Source of the DNA: Paramoeba atlantica
Taxonomy: Eukaryota > Protista > Discosea
Assembly (NCBI GenBank): GCA_977017575.1
Contig: CDRNVI010000059.1
Span: forward strand, 372,001 to 436,000
Direction: 5' to 3'
Length of the DNA: 64,000 nt
In this document: positions 1-11,871 of the stretch, in pieces
Layout of the letters: each line of letters starts with the position of its first letter
How positions within the stretch are numbered: the stretch's first letter is position 1
Notes under the pieces: generated by a model
What the model saw: the letters and a program-made list of their open reading frames with translations, nothing else
Databases searched by the model: none
What the model was told of the DNA's origin: nothing
Program-made: the position numbers and the translations under genes

Positions 1-2
1 TC

Positions 3-2573
3 CTCATCCCCCACACCCTCGAGGTCCGCCCCCCCTCTGACCCGCTCCTCTTCCACGAGGGTACCCCCCTGACCCTCCAGGTGTGTCTCCAGGACACCCG
101 CCCCGCACGTGAGACCCCCCCCTTCGAGTCCCACGTGCTCTCCCCCGTGGTGTTCCAAGTAACGGGGAACGCCCAGCGCGTGGAACTCACGGGCTCGTTC
201 GTCACCGGGGGACGTAACACCAGCAGCCCTGGGGATACGAATCAACCCACACGACTGGAGCTCTACCGTGAGAGTCACTGTCCCCACGGGGTCGAGACGG
301 GGGGGGGAGAGCCACAACCGGGGAAGGCAGAAGAAGAGAACGAAGAGGGCGTCGCCTTCTCCACCCGGCTGTACCTCCCCCCCGGGTCCTACGCGTACCA
401 GTACGTGGTGGATGGGGAGACGCGGGTGTCCGAGGCGGCCCCGACGGGGGTGGGTGCAGGCGCCCAGGGGGTGTGTAACCTTTGTGAGGTGTCGGTGAGT
501 GCCCCCGCACGAGAGACCCAGTCCTTGCTGCATGTACGGTGGCTGCGGAGCACGGAGGGGGGTGTTGGGGGGTTTGAGGTGATTCCCAATGCAAAGGAAC
601 TGACGTATGTGCCCACTGCGGGGGATGTGGGGCATTTTTTGCGTGCGGAGGTTTTGGTGTATGATGAAGGGGAGTTTCAGTTTCCGTTGTTTGCGATTAC
701 GCCGAATATTGAGCCTGGGCTTCCGCTTTGCGCCCACATGGAGCTGAGTGGACGTTGTGTGGAGGGGGCGTCGTTGGTGCTGGATGTGGAGTATGCCGGT
801 GGGGAGGAGGGCCAGAGTGAGACACGGTGGTTCCGTGTTGTGGATCACGACGAAGAGGTGCCGCTGGATACGAATTCCCCTGCGTATGTTCTCTCCCCCT
901 CGGACGTCGCCCACCGTATCAAGGCGGAGTACCTCCCGGTACGCCAGGACGGGGAACGTGGGACCCCTGCGAGTCGGTACAGCGACGTCATCCTCCCCCG
1001 TCCCTGCGTCACGGGACTTGGTCCCATCACCGGGGAGGGGGTAGAGGGCGCCACACTCACGGTGGAGTGTGACGACCCCACGGCACTCCAACAAAAATGT
1101 CACCTCCAGTGGGGTCACTACGACCCTCGCTCCGGGGAATTCCACCCCCGTCCCGGCGCCCACGACCTGTCCTACCCCCTCACCCTTCCCGATGTCGGGG
1201 CTACTCTCGCGCTACAGTGTACCCTTAAAAGCGCATCCCCCACCCGTTTAAGCCCCACCCCGGAGCTTCGCCTGCGCTCGGACCCGATCCGCGCCGCCCC
1301 CCCGACCATCGAGGACTTTCGGCTCACCGGGTCCCCCACCGAGGGCAGTGCCCTCCAGCTGCACTACAGCTACCGCGGAGGTAACCCCGGGGCCCACCAG
1401 CTCGTGTGGTTCCGTGAGTCCACGGGGGGGGACGCGGGAGGGGGGGTACGGCAGGTCGTGGAGGAGACGACCCATGGCAAGGGGAGGGGGAGTAGGGGGA
1501 GTACCCGTAGGGGGAGTAGGGGGAGTACGGCTACGGGTACTAACACTACAAGTACTACGGGTATGAGTGCTACGGGTACGGCTACTCCGGGTATGAGTAC
1601 TACGGGTACGAGTCCTACGGGTACGGCTACTCCGGGTACGAGTGCTACGGGTACGAGTACTATGGGTACCTGTGGCTTGGCTGCGCCCCTGTGCCTACGT
1701 CGTGTGCTCACGACCGGGGATGTGGGGTACCGTATGGGTGCGATGCTCACACCTGTACGTAGTGACGGGGTACACGGGGCTACGGTGGAGGTGGTGGGGG
1801 GGTGTGCGGTGGGGGCAAGGGGGCCGCAGGTGGGGGGACCGATGAGGGTACGATGGGAGAGGGGAGGGGAGGGGGTGACTATAGGGGTAGTGGAGTACAC
1901 GTATGTTGGGGGGAAGGAGGGGGAGAGTCATGTGGAGTGGTATAAAGTGGAGGAGGGGGAGGGAGAAGAGGGGGAGGGGAGGCTGATTCAGGATGGGGGG
2001 AGGGAGTGCGTGGTGGATGGGAGTGAGGTGGGGGAGGGAGAGTTGATTCGGGTGGTGGTGACTCCGGTGCGGAGTGATGGGTTACGTGGGCCCTCGCGTG
2101 TGGTGGAGAGTCGGGTGTCATGGGATGCGGGTGATGGAGGTGAAGAGCTTGGAATGAAAACCGAGATAGACCCGAGCATCTCCATAATCCAGGGTGGCGA
2201 CGAGGCAAACACTGAGGAACTTAACCCTAATGTGGATGAAGTGGAATATCCTCGTGAACTTGAGACCGATGGGAATAGGTCATTGAGTGACAGGGGTCAA
2301 GATCCTGCGACGACCGTCGAGGTGCAGCCAAACACTCCCGTACTCCATGGCGACGAGGAGGAGGACGTTGAGGAGACCACTTGTGTGGATCTGTCGGAAC
2401 GTCCTCATGAACTTGAATCCGATGGGGATCGGTCATTGGAGAGCTCTTCTACAAAAGAGGAAGTCACAGCCACAGCAATGCAAGTGGCAGTTGAAGGAAA
2501 CGGTTTGGACGATCTGCCAGATGTTTCCGAAGTTTCCAGCTTGCAGGATGAGGTTGAACCTTACATACAATAG
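3..2573 (+). CDS. AIR9-like protein (A9 Ig-like repeats) with a CBM48/AMPK-beta-like module; 5'-truncated by the window
   Basis: Frame is open from base 3 (LIPHTLEVRPP...), so the GTG at 81 is not a true start. Repeated A9-type motifs (LSGRCVEGASL..YAGGEEGQSETRWFR; HRIKAEYLPVRQDGERG; LTGSPTEGSAL..YRGG; TPVRSDG). LYLPPGSYAYQYVVDG resembles CBM48. Confidence 0.7.
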   Translation, partial: LIPHTLEVRPPSDPLLFHEGTPLTLQVCLQDTRPARETPPFESHVLSPVVFQVTGNAQRVELTGSFVTGGRNTSSPGDTNQPTRLELYRESHCPHGVETGGGEPQPGKAEEENEEGVAFSTRLYLPPGSYAYQYVVDGETRVSEAAPTGVGAGAQGVCNLCEVSVSAPARETQSLLHVRWLRSTEGGVGGFEVIPNAKELTYVPTAGDVGHFLRAEVLVYDEGEFQFPLFAITPNIEPGLPLCAHMELSGRCVEGASLVLDVEYAGGEEGQSETRWFRVVDHDEEVPLDTNSPAYVLSPSDVAHRIKAEYLPVRQDGERGTPASRYSDVILPRPCVTGLGPITGEGVEGATLTVECDDPTALQQKCHLQWGHYDPRSGEFHPRPGAHDLSYPLTLPDVGATLALQCTLKSASPTRLSPTPELRLRSDPIRAAPPTIEDFRLTGSPTEGSALQLHYSYRGGNPGAHQLVWFRESTGGDAGGGVRQVVEETTHGKGRGSRGSTRRGSRGSTATGTNTTSTTGMSATGTATPGMSTTGTSPTGTATPGTSATGTSTMGTCGLAAPLCLRRVLTTGDVGYRMGAMLTPVRSDGVHGATVEVVGGCAVGARGPQVGGPMRVRWERGGEGVTIGVVEYTYVGGKEGESHVEWYKVEEGEGEEGEGRLIQDGGRECVVDGSEVGEGELIRVVVTPVRSDGLRGPSRVVESRVSWDAGDGGEELGMKTEIDPSISIIQGGDEANTEELNPNVDEVEYPRELETDGNRSLSDRGQDPATTVEVQPNTPVLHGDEEEDVEETTCVDLSERPHELESDGDRSLESSSTKEEVTATAMQVAVEGNGLDDLPDVSEVSSLQDEVEPYIQ

Positions 2574-3083
2574 GGTCAATTAAGGTCGCTAGTTTATCCT
2601 AATGCATTATTCCGTCATTTCATTCTCTATTTTTAGGCGGGTTGTACTTAGTGGTGGACCACCAGATCATATTTAGAACATAAGATTGCTCACTAGAATT
2701 CGAAATATCATCCTACCTTGAATTAAAATAGAAAACATTAGAGGATTACATTTATTTGGAGAGAATGGCATGAAGGTCGAAGGGCGTCTGTCTATATTTT
2801 TTTTCTTGAAAACAAAGTACTACAAAGTGAATGTAAAAATAAATTAGATCAATCTAGCTGTGTATGTTTGCAGTGTATGGAATTCGTTCCTTGCTTTGTT
2901 GATTCTAACACGTGCACTAGCGTTATTGCACAATACTTCTCACACATTATTGCACATCGTTTGGTCTATACGTTTAGTGTCTATACATTGAATGTCTGTA
3001 CATAGAGTACCAGCATTCTTATGATCTTCTTGCGCACTCTTACACATGTGTCCATGCACACGTAGTATGTTCATGCAGTTATT

Positions 3084-3722
3084 ATGAAGTTAATTGGACT
3101 TGTTCTGTTAAGTAACCCAAGCGACAAGACTTCAGATCCTGTGGTCTGCGTATCCGCAGTAGATGTCAGTTCAGTAGGATACCTTCAACGTTCATCTGTG
3201 CGCGAACTCATCATATTTCTTTCACGAATGATCTCGAAATCACTCGCCGTGTTACTTGTCACAGGACAACTTCATCAAGTCAAAGAAAAAGAATATTGTG
3301 TTCACGCTTTTCCTACACCAAATGGAATTACTGCGGTAGCAATTACAGATGAATCATATCCGGCAAATAATATTCTTTCAATACTACAAGGACTCTCTTC
3401 GAAATTTTGGCATAAATATCAGGAAATGCTGCAAATGTACGATGTACCCTTTACTGATGAATTTGCAGCCCCTTTTTATGAAAACGAGTTGTGGGCCTTA
3501 CTGAAAAAGCATGAAACTCCAGTGGATCCCGATTCTATCTTTCTAATTCGACAACAACTAGAAGAAACTAAAGTTGTTTTACATCAAGCTGTTGATTCCC
3601 TTTTAGAACGCGGGACACATATTGATGAATTGGTATCTAAAAGCGCAGAACTTGGTTTTGCATCGAAAGCTTTTTACAAAACAGCGAAAAAAACGAATTC
3701 TTCTTGTTGTTCGATTACTTGA
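3084..3722 (+). CDS. YKT6: Longin-domain R-SNARE Ykt6
   Basis: N-terminal longin domain; SNARE motif QLEETKVVLHQAVDSLLERGTHIDELVSKSAEL; C-terminal SKAFYKTAKKTNSSCCSIT (CC-aaX prenylation motif, no TM helix). Confidence 0.9.
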   Translation: MKLIGLVLLSNPSDKTSDPVVCVSAVDVSSVGYLQRSSVRELIIFLSRMISKSLAVLLVTGQLHQVKEKEYCVHAFPTPNGITAVAITDESYPANNILSILQGLSSKFWHKYQEMLQMYDVPFTDEFAAPFYENELWALLKKHETPVDPDSIFLIRQQLEETKVVLHQAVDSLLERGTHIDELVSKSAELGFASKAFYKTAKKTNSSCCSIT

Positions 3723-4207
3723 GAATGACAAAACTATCCCCTTTTTTATTGAGTTCACTTTTGAATGGGGGCTTTCAATGAAAGATCATTTAATTCACAG
3801 ACAGAGACAACTAAATTCCGAACCAAGAACACTTTTTTCCTTGCACTTCTTTCGCGTTTTATGAAGTTTTATTCAGCTTACTGTGACCCCCCCTTTAATA
3901 CGGACAGATTTTTGGACTTTGTCCGTATTAAAGGGAGGGTGCCCATGGCGCAGAAAATGCCGCTATTTCTTACCCGATAAAATACAATATTAAAAATATC
4001 GCCCGTCCTTCTCGAGAAAGGCGAATTAAAGGAATCTCTGGAACATAAAGAAAAGAAGTCCCCTGGAGAATAATGCGGTGATGGGATGTTGAGGAGTGAA
4101 GGTCGGACAGGGGGGATGTCTGGGTTGGGTGACTGACGTGTAGGCATTTAAGTAGCAGAGCAATTAAAAGAAAAACATTATGAAAGATGATACAATGTAA
4201 AAGAGTT

Positions 4208-4402
4208 AATTGAGGGGCTGCGGGTGGCGAGGTTTCGTGAGGTTTCACCAAGGTTTCGCGAAGTTTCACAAAGGGCTTAATCGAGGTTCCGAGGCTTCGT
4301 CCAGGTTTCACTGAGGTTTCATCCAGGTTTCACCGAAGTTTCATCCAAGTTTCACCGAGATTTCACGAGATTTCGCGAGGTTTCACCCGCAGCCCCTCAA
4401 TT
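4208..4402. mobile_element. MITE-like element with 19-bp TIRs and internal ~10-bp GAGGTTTCAC-type repeats
   Basis: AATTGAGGGGCTGCGGGTG at 4208-4226 and its exact reverse complement at 4384-4402. Confidence 0.65.
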
Positions 4403-5722
4403 GTCTGGTTAAGTACAATTATTCGTGCCTTGGTGGTTCATGAACCATGAACCAGAATCAAACCTTTGTACAGTGGTCGTCAGCATAACGTGCCCTTTCT
4501 CTAGAATTCGCCATTTTTGTGCGTTTTTTCTTATTTTTGTAGCATTGAAGAGATATCGGCGAGCTTGTGCCAAAGATGGAGTCATTTCTCTAAAATGAAC
4601 AATTTTTCCGAAATTTTTGCGAACGAAAAAATATTTTTTTTTTGTTGTTTGAAAAAGATGACTCTTTTTTTGGAATCGGTTTTGGGTTTCTTCTATAGTT
4701 GATGTACTTACATAACACCGTGAGGTATTGTGTGTGCCTTGCTACACATTTTTACATGATACACTTTCCTATGGTACATAAATCAAATCATTATTAGCCT
4801 TCTAGTAAAACACAGGACCAGGGCATTCCAATCCGGGTGCGCAAAGCAAATAACTTTCTGATGAATCCCAGTGTCATAGCACAATGGGATATTGTTCTGT
4901 GCAAAACGTTCAATACCGAATGTTAGTATCTGTAGATATGTGCGGGTTTCAGTGAGTCGCTGTGGGCTGCTGCTCACGATAGACGAGTCAGAATCCAGAA
5001 TAACCAAGTGTCTCCACCCTACTCCTATGGCGCCCCAAACTTGACATCTTGGCTCCCAGCGTACTTTTTTCTTCAGGCAGGTTGTTGGACGGCATACATC
5101 TTCCTCAATGAACTTCGGCTAAGCAGCTCAGCCAGATTCTCCTGAAAGGGAGTATGCCCCTCCTCTTACTCACTAAGTTGATGATGTTTTGGGTCTTTTG
5201 ACTCCGAAAAGTTATGGCCCCTCAACTCCCCAAACGGGTAGTCCGAATACGTCTGGCGGCGTATCCGGAGAGCCAGCCATAGCAAGCTATGGCTGACCTC
5301 CGCTTGGAGAGGAGTTAGGTTTCCAAATATTATCCTCCAATAAAGGAAGCCAATAATTAACAGCTCGGATAGGAGGGGCTCGCTACTCCCCAACATGGTT
5401 TAACAAGCTAAGCCACGACCCTTCCTAACTTTAAATTGTTGTGTGGATACTACCCTAGTTTCTTGACGTCTTGTTTTACTTAGGCCGGGTAGTTCCACAA
5501 CATGGGAGATGGTGGCGGCGAAGGGGTCGGCGAAAGGGGGCGCGGCCGAGAGCGCGATCGGAGGGAGAGCGCGGCGGGGAGCACGATGGGAAGCTCGGCG
5601 GGATCTGCGGCGGGGAGCGCGGGGAGAAGCGCGGCGAGTAGAGCGGCAGCGAGCGGCGGAGAGGACGAGAAGGGGGCGAGTAGGCGGCCAGCTGCGGGTG
5701 CGCAGGCGGCGAGCAGTGTGGC

Positions 5723-5956
5723 CACCAGCTGGCCACCCTATCGTAAAGTGGCCACCTGACCACCCCCCTAAGAAAAAGTGGCCATCCTATGGAAAAGTGG
5801 CCACCTGGCCACCCTATGGAAAAGTGGCCACCTGGCCACCCTCTGGAAAAGTAGCCACCTGGCCACCCTATGAAAAAGTGGCCAGCTGGCCACCCTATGA
5901 AAAAGTGGCCAGCTAGCCCCGCTTTGGTTGGCCAGCTGGCCACCCTCTGGAAAAGT
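5723..5956. repeat. 27-bp palindromic minisatellite, first block
   Basis: Tandem GCCACCTGGCCACCCTATGAAAAAGTG units. Confidence 0.9.
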
Positions 5957-6249
5957 CTCATGGTTGGGTCAGACACCCATTCACACGACAACAAAGTCCT
6001 TATGCACGACCTGGTGTAAGTGTTGGAGGAATCTCCTTAACAAGGAGTAAACAAAGATATAGGAGTAAACAAAGGCCATGCCTTGATCACAAAGACGCTC
6101 CGCATTACGGCGTGGGGATCTCAGGAACGTGCTTCTCATGTGCACAAGAACAGGTGTGAATCAACACACTACCTTCTTACTTAACCTCTTTTACACACAG
6201 CTTGGGTCTTACGGCATACACAAGAGTAGGTGCATACGACGCATAAGAC
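5955..6249 (+). repeat. Copy of an rDNA intergenic-spacer module
   Basis: Near-identical to ~16288-16571 (CTCATGGTTGGGTCAGACACCC...GCATAAGAC). Confidence 0.85.
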
Positions 6250-7888
6250 CCCACCTGGCCACCCTCTGGAAAAGTAACCACCTGGCCACCCTAAGAAAAA
6301 GTAGCCACCTGGCCACCCTATGAAAAAGTGGCCACCTGGCCACCCTATGAAAAAGTGGCCACCTGGCCACCCTATGAAAAAGTGGCCACCTGGCCCCGCT
6401 TTGAAAAAGTGGCCACCTGGCCACCCTATCGAAAAGTAGCCACCTGGCCACCCTCTGGAAAAGTAACCACCTGGCCACCCTAAGAAAAAGTAGCCACCTG
6501 GCCACCCTATGAAAAAGTGGCCAGCTGGCCACCCTCTGGAAAAGTAGCCACCTGGCCACCCTATGGAAAAGTGGCCACCTGGCCACCCTATGAAAAAGTG
6601 GCCACCCTATCGAAAAGTGGCCACCTGGCCACCCTATGAAAAAGTAGCCACCTGGCCACCCTCTGGAAAAGTAGCCACCTGGCCACCATATGAAAAAGTG
6701 GCCAGCTGGCCACCCTATGAAAAAGTGGCCACCTGGCCACCCTATGAAAAAGTGGCCACCTGGCCACCCTATGAAAAAGTGGCCACCTGGCCACCCTATT
6801 AAAAAGTAGCCACCTGGCCACCCTCTGGAAAAGTAGCCACCTGGCCACCATATGAAAAAGTGGCCACCTGGCCACCCTATGAAAAAGTGGCCAGCTGGCC
6901 ACCCTCTGGAAAAGTGGCCACCTGGCCACCCTATCGAAAAGTGGCCACCTGGCTACCCCATAAAAAAGGGGCCACCTGGCCACCCTATGAAAAAGTGGCC
7001 ACCTGGCCACCCTATGAAAAAGTGGCCACCTGGCCACCCTATGAAAAAGTGGCCAGCTGGCCACCCTATGAAAAAGTGGCCAGCTGGCCACCCTATGAAA
7101 AAGTGGCCACCTGGCCATCCTATCGAAAAGTGGCCACCTGGCCACCCCATAAAAAAGGGGCCACTTGGCCACCCTATCGAAAAGTAGCCACCTGGCCACC
7201 CTATGAAAAAGGGGCCACCTGGCCACCCTATGAAAAAGTGGCCACCTGGCCACCCTATGAAAAAGGGGCCACCTGGCCACCCTATGAAAAAGTGGCCACC
7301 TGGCCACCCTATGAAAAAGTGGCCACCTGGCCACCCTATGAAAAAGTGGCCACCTGGCCATCCTATCGAAAAGTGGCCACCCGGCCACCCCATAAAAAAG
7401 TGGCCACTTGGCCACCCTATCGAAAAGTAGCCACCTGGCCACCCTATGAAAAAGTGGCCAGCTGGCCACCCTATGGAAAAGTGGCCACCTGGCCACCCTA
7501 TGAAAAAGTGGCCAGCTGGCCACCCTATGAAAAAGTGGCCAGCTGGCCACCCTATGGAAAAGGGGCCACCTGGCCATCCTATCGAAAAGTGGCCACCTGG
7601 CCACCCCATAAAAAAGGGGCCACCTGGCCACCCTATGAAAAAGTGGCCACCTGGCCACCCTATGAAAAAGTGGCCACCTGGCCACCCTATGAAAAAGTGG
7701 CCAACTGGCCACCCTATGAAAAAGTGGCCAGCTGGCCACCCTATGGAAAAGGGGCCACCTGGCCATCCTTTCAAAAAGTGGCCACCTGGCCACCCCATAA
7801 AAAAGGGGCCACCTGGCCACCCTATCGAAAAGTAGCCACCTGGCCGCCCTATGAAGAAGTGGCCACCTGGCCACCCTATGAAAAAGTG
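6250..7888. repeat. 27-bp palindromic minisatellite, main array (~60 units) upstream of the rDNA
   Basis: Tandem GCCACCTGGCCACCCTATGAAAAAGTG with variants; source of the WPPYEKVAT and KWPPGHPM pseudo-ORFs. Confidence 0.95.
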
Positions 7889-8906
7889 TGGTGTCCGGGT
7901 GATAGCCAGGCACGATCCAAAATTTACTGCTTTTAGCCGCGTGCTCCAGGCTATGAAATCATAGCTTTTGCCGCACTGCACACTTTTTAGGCTGTGCGCA
8001 CTACGGACGGCACATCGGCCAAGCATCCAATGATCATTTGTTAGTGTGTATGGGTATTTACCCTAGTTTCCTAGTGTTTCGTTGTGTTAACACTGGGTAA
8101 CTCCATACGCGGGAAAGAATCTGTCCTACTTTTTTAGCACCTTGATTTATTGGTGACGGGCAGACTCTTTCCGCGGCATTCCTCACACCCTAGTTCTTTG
8201 GCGCCTTGTTTTGTTGCCGCCGGGTGTTGGAATTGCTATTTTTGGAGATGAAAAAGGTCCAAAAAGTTGTTCACCCACTCACTGTAATCCTGTAAGAAAC
8301 CCCTTTTGTCCTACAAGTGGGGTCGTAGCGCAAGCTTCTCTCGCGAGAGACTTCCCTATGTCGGTCCTCGTACTCTTTTGAAGCGGGGCTGAGACAACTT
8401 TCACACCGTTGGCGGTGCAGGTGGTGAAAGAGAAAAAATTAGAGATCAGCAATGAGGGGATTCACGCGGCGACGTAGGCATTGAACAAGGGTTTTCTTTC
8501 TCAAAAGTTTCTACAGAAAGTGTGTGTTTCCACTCACGCACCTCACTGGAGACACCCCATTAACTGGGTAGCGCGAGACTTGCTAACCAACGCTTAAGTG
8601 AATCTCGTGTTGCGTCAGGCTCTGCTTTGCTTGTATTCGCTAAAACTACACTGCTCCGGATTGTTAGAATTGAAGATTTTTATGCTTTGGTCTCTGCTGG
8701 AGATGGGGTAGGATTATCTCTCCCACCTGACACATCCAAAAGGATATCTAGACAACATCATCCCGTTCGGTTAATAAGAAAGGGGTGCTTAACGAAAAAG
8801 TGGTGCTTAGCAAAGAAGGGGTGGGTTGCCTGGAAAAGTAACGTACCTTCTTGGTTTCCCGAAACGATTTATTCCGTGAGATCCCGATGATTAGTCCTTC
8901 CCGAGA
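7889..8906 (+). repeat. ~1 kb block X upstream of 18S (candidate Pol I promoter/5' ETS region), direct repeat of 18525-19553
   Basis: Near-identical to 18525-19553; lacks an 11-bp stretch (GCGGGCTCCTT) present in the second copy. Confidence 0.9.
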
Positions 8907-9103
8907 TGGAAAAAGTGGCCACCTGGCCACCCCCCAAAAAAAGTGGCCACCTGGCCACCCCCCAAAAAAAGTGGCCACCTGGCCACCCCCCAAAAAAAGT
9001 GGCCACCTGGCCACCCCCCCAAAAAAAGTGGCCACCTGGCCACCCCCCCAAAAAAAGTGGCCACCTGGCCACCCCCCCAAAAAAAGTGGCCACCTGGCCA
9101 CCA
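8907..9103. repeat. Variant 27-28 bp minisatellite with CCCCCCAAAAAAA linker
   Basis: Same GTGGCCACCTGGCCAC core, about 7 units, ending ~260 bp before 18S. Confidence 0.9.
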
Positions 9104-9363
9104 AAAACACGGTTTGCATTTTGTATATATAAGATGAAAAAAATTTTGGATGGTTCGACCCGTAATTGAAAGTGAGGCGAAAGTGCCCACAAGTCGCAAC
9201 GCAGCTCACTCGTATGATTGAATACATCTTGTGGCTTCCTAGTAAGCCGATGTATGCACGATGAGGAACAGAAATACAGTCCCATTGAGATGGGTACTAC
9301 ATTGAACCTTGCAGTTTACTGTGAGGGAACAGATTGAGAGAGGAATCACCCTCCCTTTCAAGA

Positions 9364-11387
9364 AACCTGGTTGATTCTGCCAGTAGTCATATGCTTGTTT
9401 CAAGGATTAAGCCATGCAAGCCTAAGAGTAACTGAGACAATAGGAGGTCTGCGAACGGCTCATTATATCAGAAATGATCTACCGGGAGAATTGCAGTGAA
9501 AACTGCTTGAATGGATAACTTCGCGAAAGGCGAAGCTAATACATGTACGTCACGTGACACATTCCATTCAACCACTGCGGGGAAACCCAAGGTGGGGAAT
9601 GTGGCTCGCGAATGGTTGGTACAAAGACCGACGCCAGTAATGGCAGTGTCGTAAATTGATGAATCAAACCATTCAGCAAAAGCGCACCTTTGGTGTGCGA
9701 GTCCCGACGAATTTCTGCCCTATCAGCTTTTGACGGTAGTGTAGTGGACTACCGTGGCGATAACGGGTACGGGGAATTAGGGTTCGATTCCGGAGAGGGA
9801 GCCTGAGAAACAGCTACCACTTCTACGGAGGGCAGCAGGCGCGTAAATTGCCCAATGCCAAATTGGTGAGGCAGCGAAGAGAAATAGCGTCCCCGCCTCT
9901 TTGAGTGTGGGGTTCGCAATGGGTGGTACGTAAACCCACCAACGAGTAACAATTGGAGGACAAGTCTGGTGCCAGCACCCGCGGTAATTCCAGCTCCAAT
10001 AGCGTATATTAACGTTGTTGCTGTTAAAGGGTTCGTAGTTGAATTCAGAGTGGTGAAAGTTTGCTGCCTCGGCAGCTCTTCCTCACCACTCTGTCCTAGA
10101 CGGGGCCGGAGTCTGCGGAAGCGTCCCTTCAGTGGTGACGTGGAAGCGGTTGGCCGAAGAGGCTAACATCCCACATGCAACGCATGTCGAGACCGCCCGT
10201 CGTTATCACTGTGAAGAAAACAGCGTGTTCAAAGCAGCCGCCTGCGGCTGGATGATAAAGCATGGAATGACAAAGCATCGACCACTGGGTCAGTCTTTTG
10301 TCGGTTTTTACGACCCAACATGGGTAATCGGTTGGCGAAGTGTTAATTTCCGTCACCTTGTGTGATGGAAAGCTTCGTCGAACACGGGATCAATGGGGGT
10401 TGTCGGGGGAAAACGTATCTGAGCGTGAGAGGTGAAATTCTTAGACCGCTCGGGGACGAACTTATGCGAAGGCATTTTCCAAGTATACCTTCATCAATCA
10501 AGAACTAAAGTGTGGAGATCGAAGATGATTAGATACCATTGTAGTCCACGACTGCAAACGATGACGCCCATGGATCGGATAGCATTTTGCTCTGATGGGA
10601 TCTTTTCGGCACTGCTCCCCCTTCAACGCGAAAGCTGAGGCTATGGTCTCATGGGGGAGTACGTTCGCAAGGCTGAAACTTAAAGAAATTGACGGAATGG
10701 CACCACCAGGCGTGGAGTGTGCGGTTTAATTTGACTCAACACGGGGAACCTTACCAGGACAGGACAACGGTAGGATTGACAGATTGAGAGTTCTTTCTTA
10801 ATTCGTTTGACGGTGGTGCATGGCCGCTTTTGGTCGGTGAAGTGATTTGTTTGGTTGATTCCTTTAACGGACGAGACCCAATCCGCTTACTAGGGGCACC
10901 ATCTACCGAAAGGTAAACGGAAGCGAGGGGATTCGTCCCACTCGTCTTCCCAGATAGTGCATCCCCTTCTTCGCGGCATTCCGTGCGCCTTAGCACGGTG
11001 GCATTTTGGGCAACAGCAGGTCCGTGATGCTCCTAAATGTCCTGGGCGACACGCGCACTACAATGACAAAGTGAATGAGTGAAGCCTTTTTGGTCCTTCT
11101 TCGAAAGAAGTGGGGAAACTGAGAAAACTCTGTCGTGCTTGGGATCGAAGCTTGCAATTATTCTTCTTGAACGAGGAATGCCTAGTAGACGTGCTTCATC
11201 AAAGCGCATTGACTACGTCCCTGCCATTTGTACACACCGCCCGTCGTTGTTACCGATGCCAGTTGGATAAAGGTTAACGGACTTGCGATCCCTTCGAGGA
11301 TTGTGGGAAAGTTAACCCATATTTAACTAGTAGAGGAAGCAAAAGTCGTAACAAGGTAGCTGTAGGTGAACCTGCAGCTGGATCATT
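9364..11387 (+). rRNA. 18S rRNA (kinetoplastid type)
   Basis: Starts AACCTGGTTGATTCTGCCAGTAGTCATATGCTTG; contains GTGCCAGCACCCGCGGTAATTCC and TTGTACACACCGCCCGTCG; ends GTAGGTGAACCTGCAGCTGGATCATTT. Confidence 0.98.
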
Positions 11388-11641
11388 TCGAAAGTTTTCG
11401 AACCTTGAACAACAGGCACACCGTACGGTGCGTCCTAACACAGCCCTCCCGAGTGCTCGTTTGCGCTCGGGGAAGGGAAACCGTCTGTTCCAAACCCCGT
11501 TCGCGGGGTTTGGGGGGACTCTTTTTTTGTTCCTCCTCGTCGACGGCGCAAGCCGTAGACGGCTCAAGGGGGTTTACTCGGCCCGGTGCTACGCGTGGGG
11601 GGGAAACCCCCCACGCGCCCGGATGAAACCGAGTCATGTAT

Positions 11642-11798
11642 AACTTATGACGGTGGATGTCTTGGCTTCCCAATCGATGAAGGACGCGGCAATATGCGAT
11701 AATTCGTACGCATTGCAGAATCAAGCGTAGTACTAAACCTTTGAACGCAACATGTGTGCTGGGTCTCGCACTCAAGCACGTCCACAGTTCAGTGCCGA
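11642..11798 (+). rRNA. 5.8S rRNA
   Basis: GGATGTCTTGGCTTCC...GATGAAGGACGCGGC...TGCGATAA...TTGCAGAATC...TTTGAACGCAA; ends approximate. Confidence 0.9.
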
Positions 11799-11871
11799 TA
11801 ACCTTGCTGGGGAACGACACGTGCCCTGAAATCGAATTCCGTTGGTGTCTCACACCAAAGAAACCATTTTC

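Noticed and set aside
8627-8890. 87-aa ORF duplicated at 19263-19526
   Set aside because: TTG start, no motif; it is duplicated only because block X is duplicated.
5723-9199. Long ORFs (WPPYEKVAT, KWPPGHPM, WPLFHRVAR repeats)
   Set aside because: They are translations of a 27-bp minisatellite that is open in several frames on both strands.
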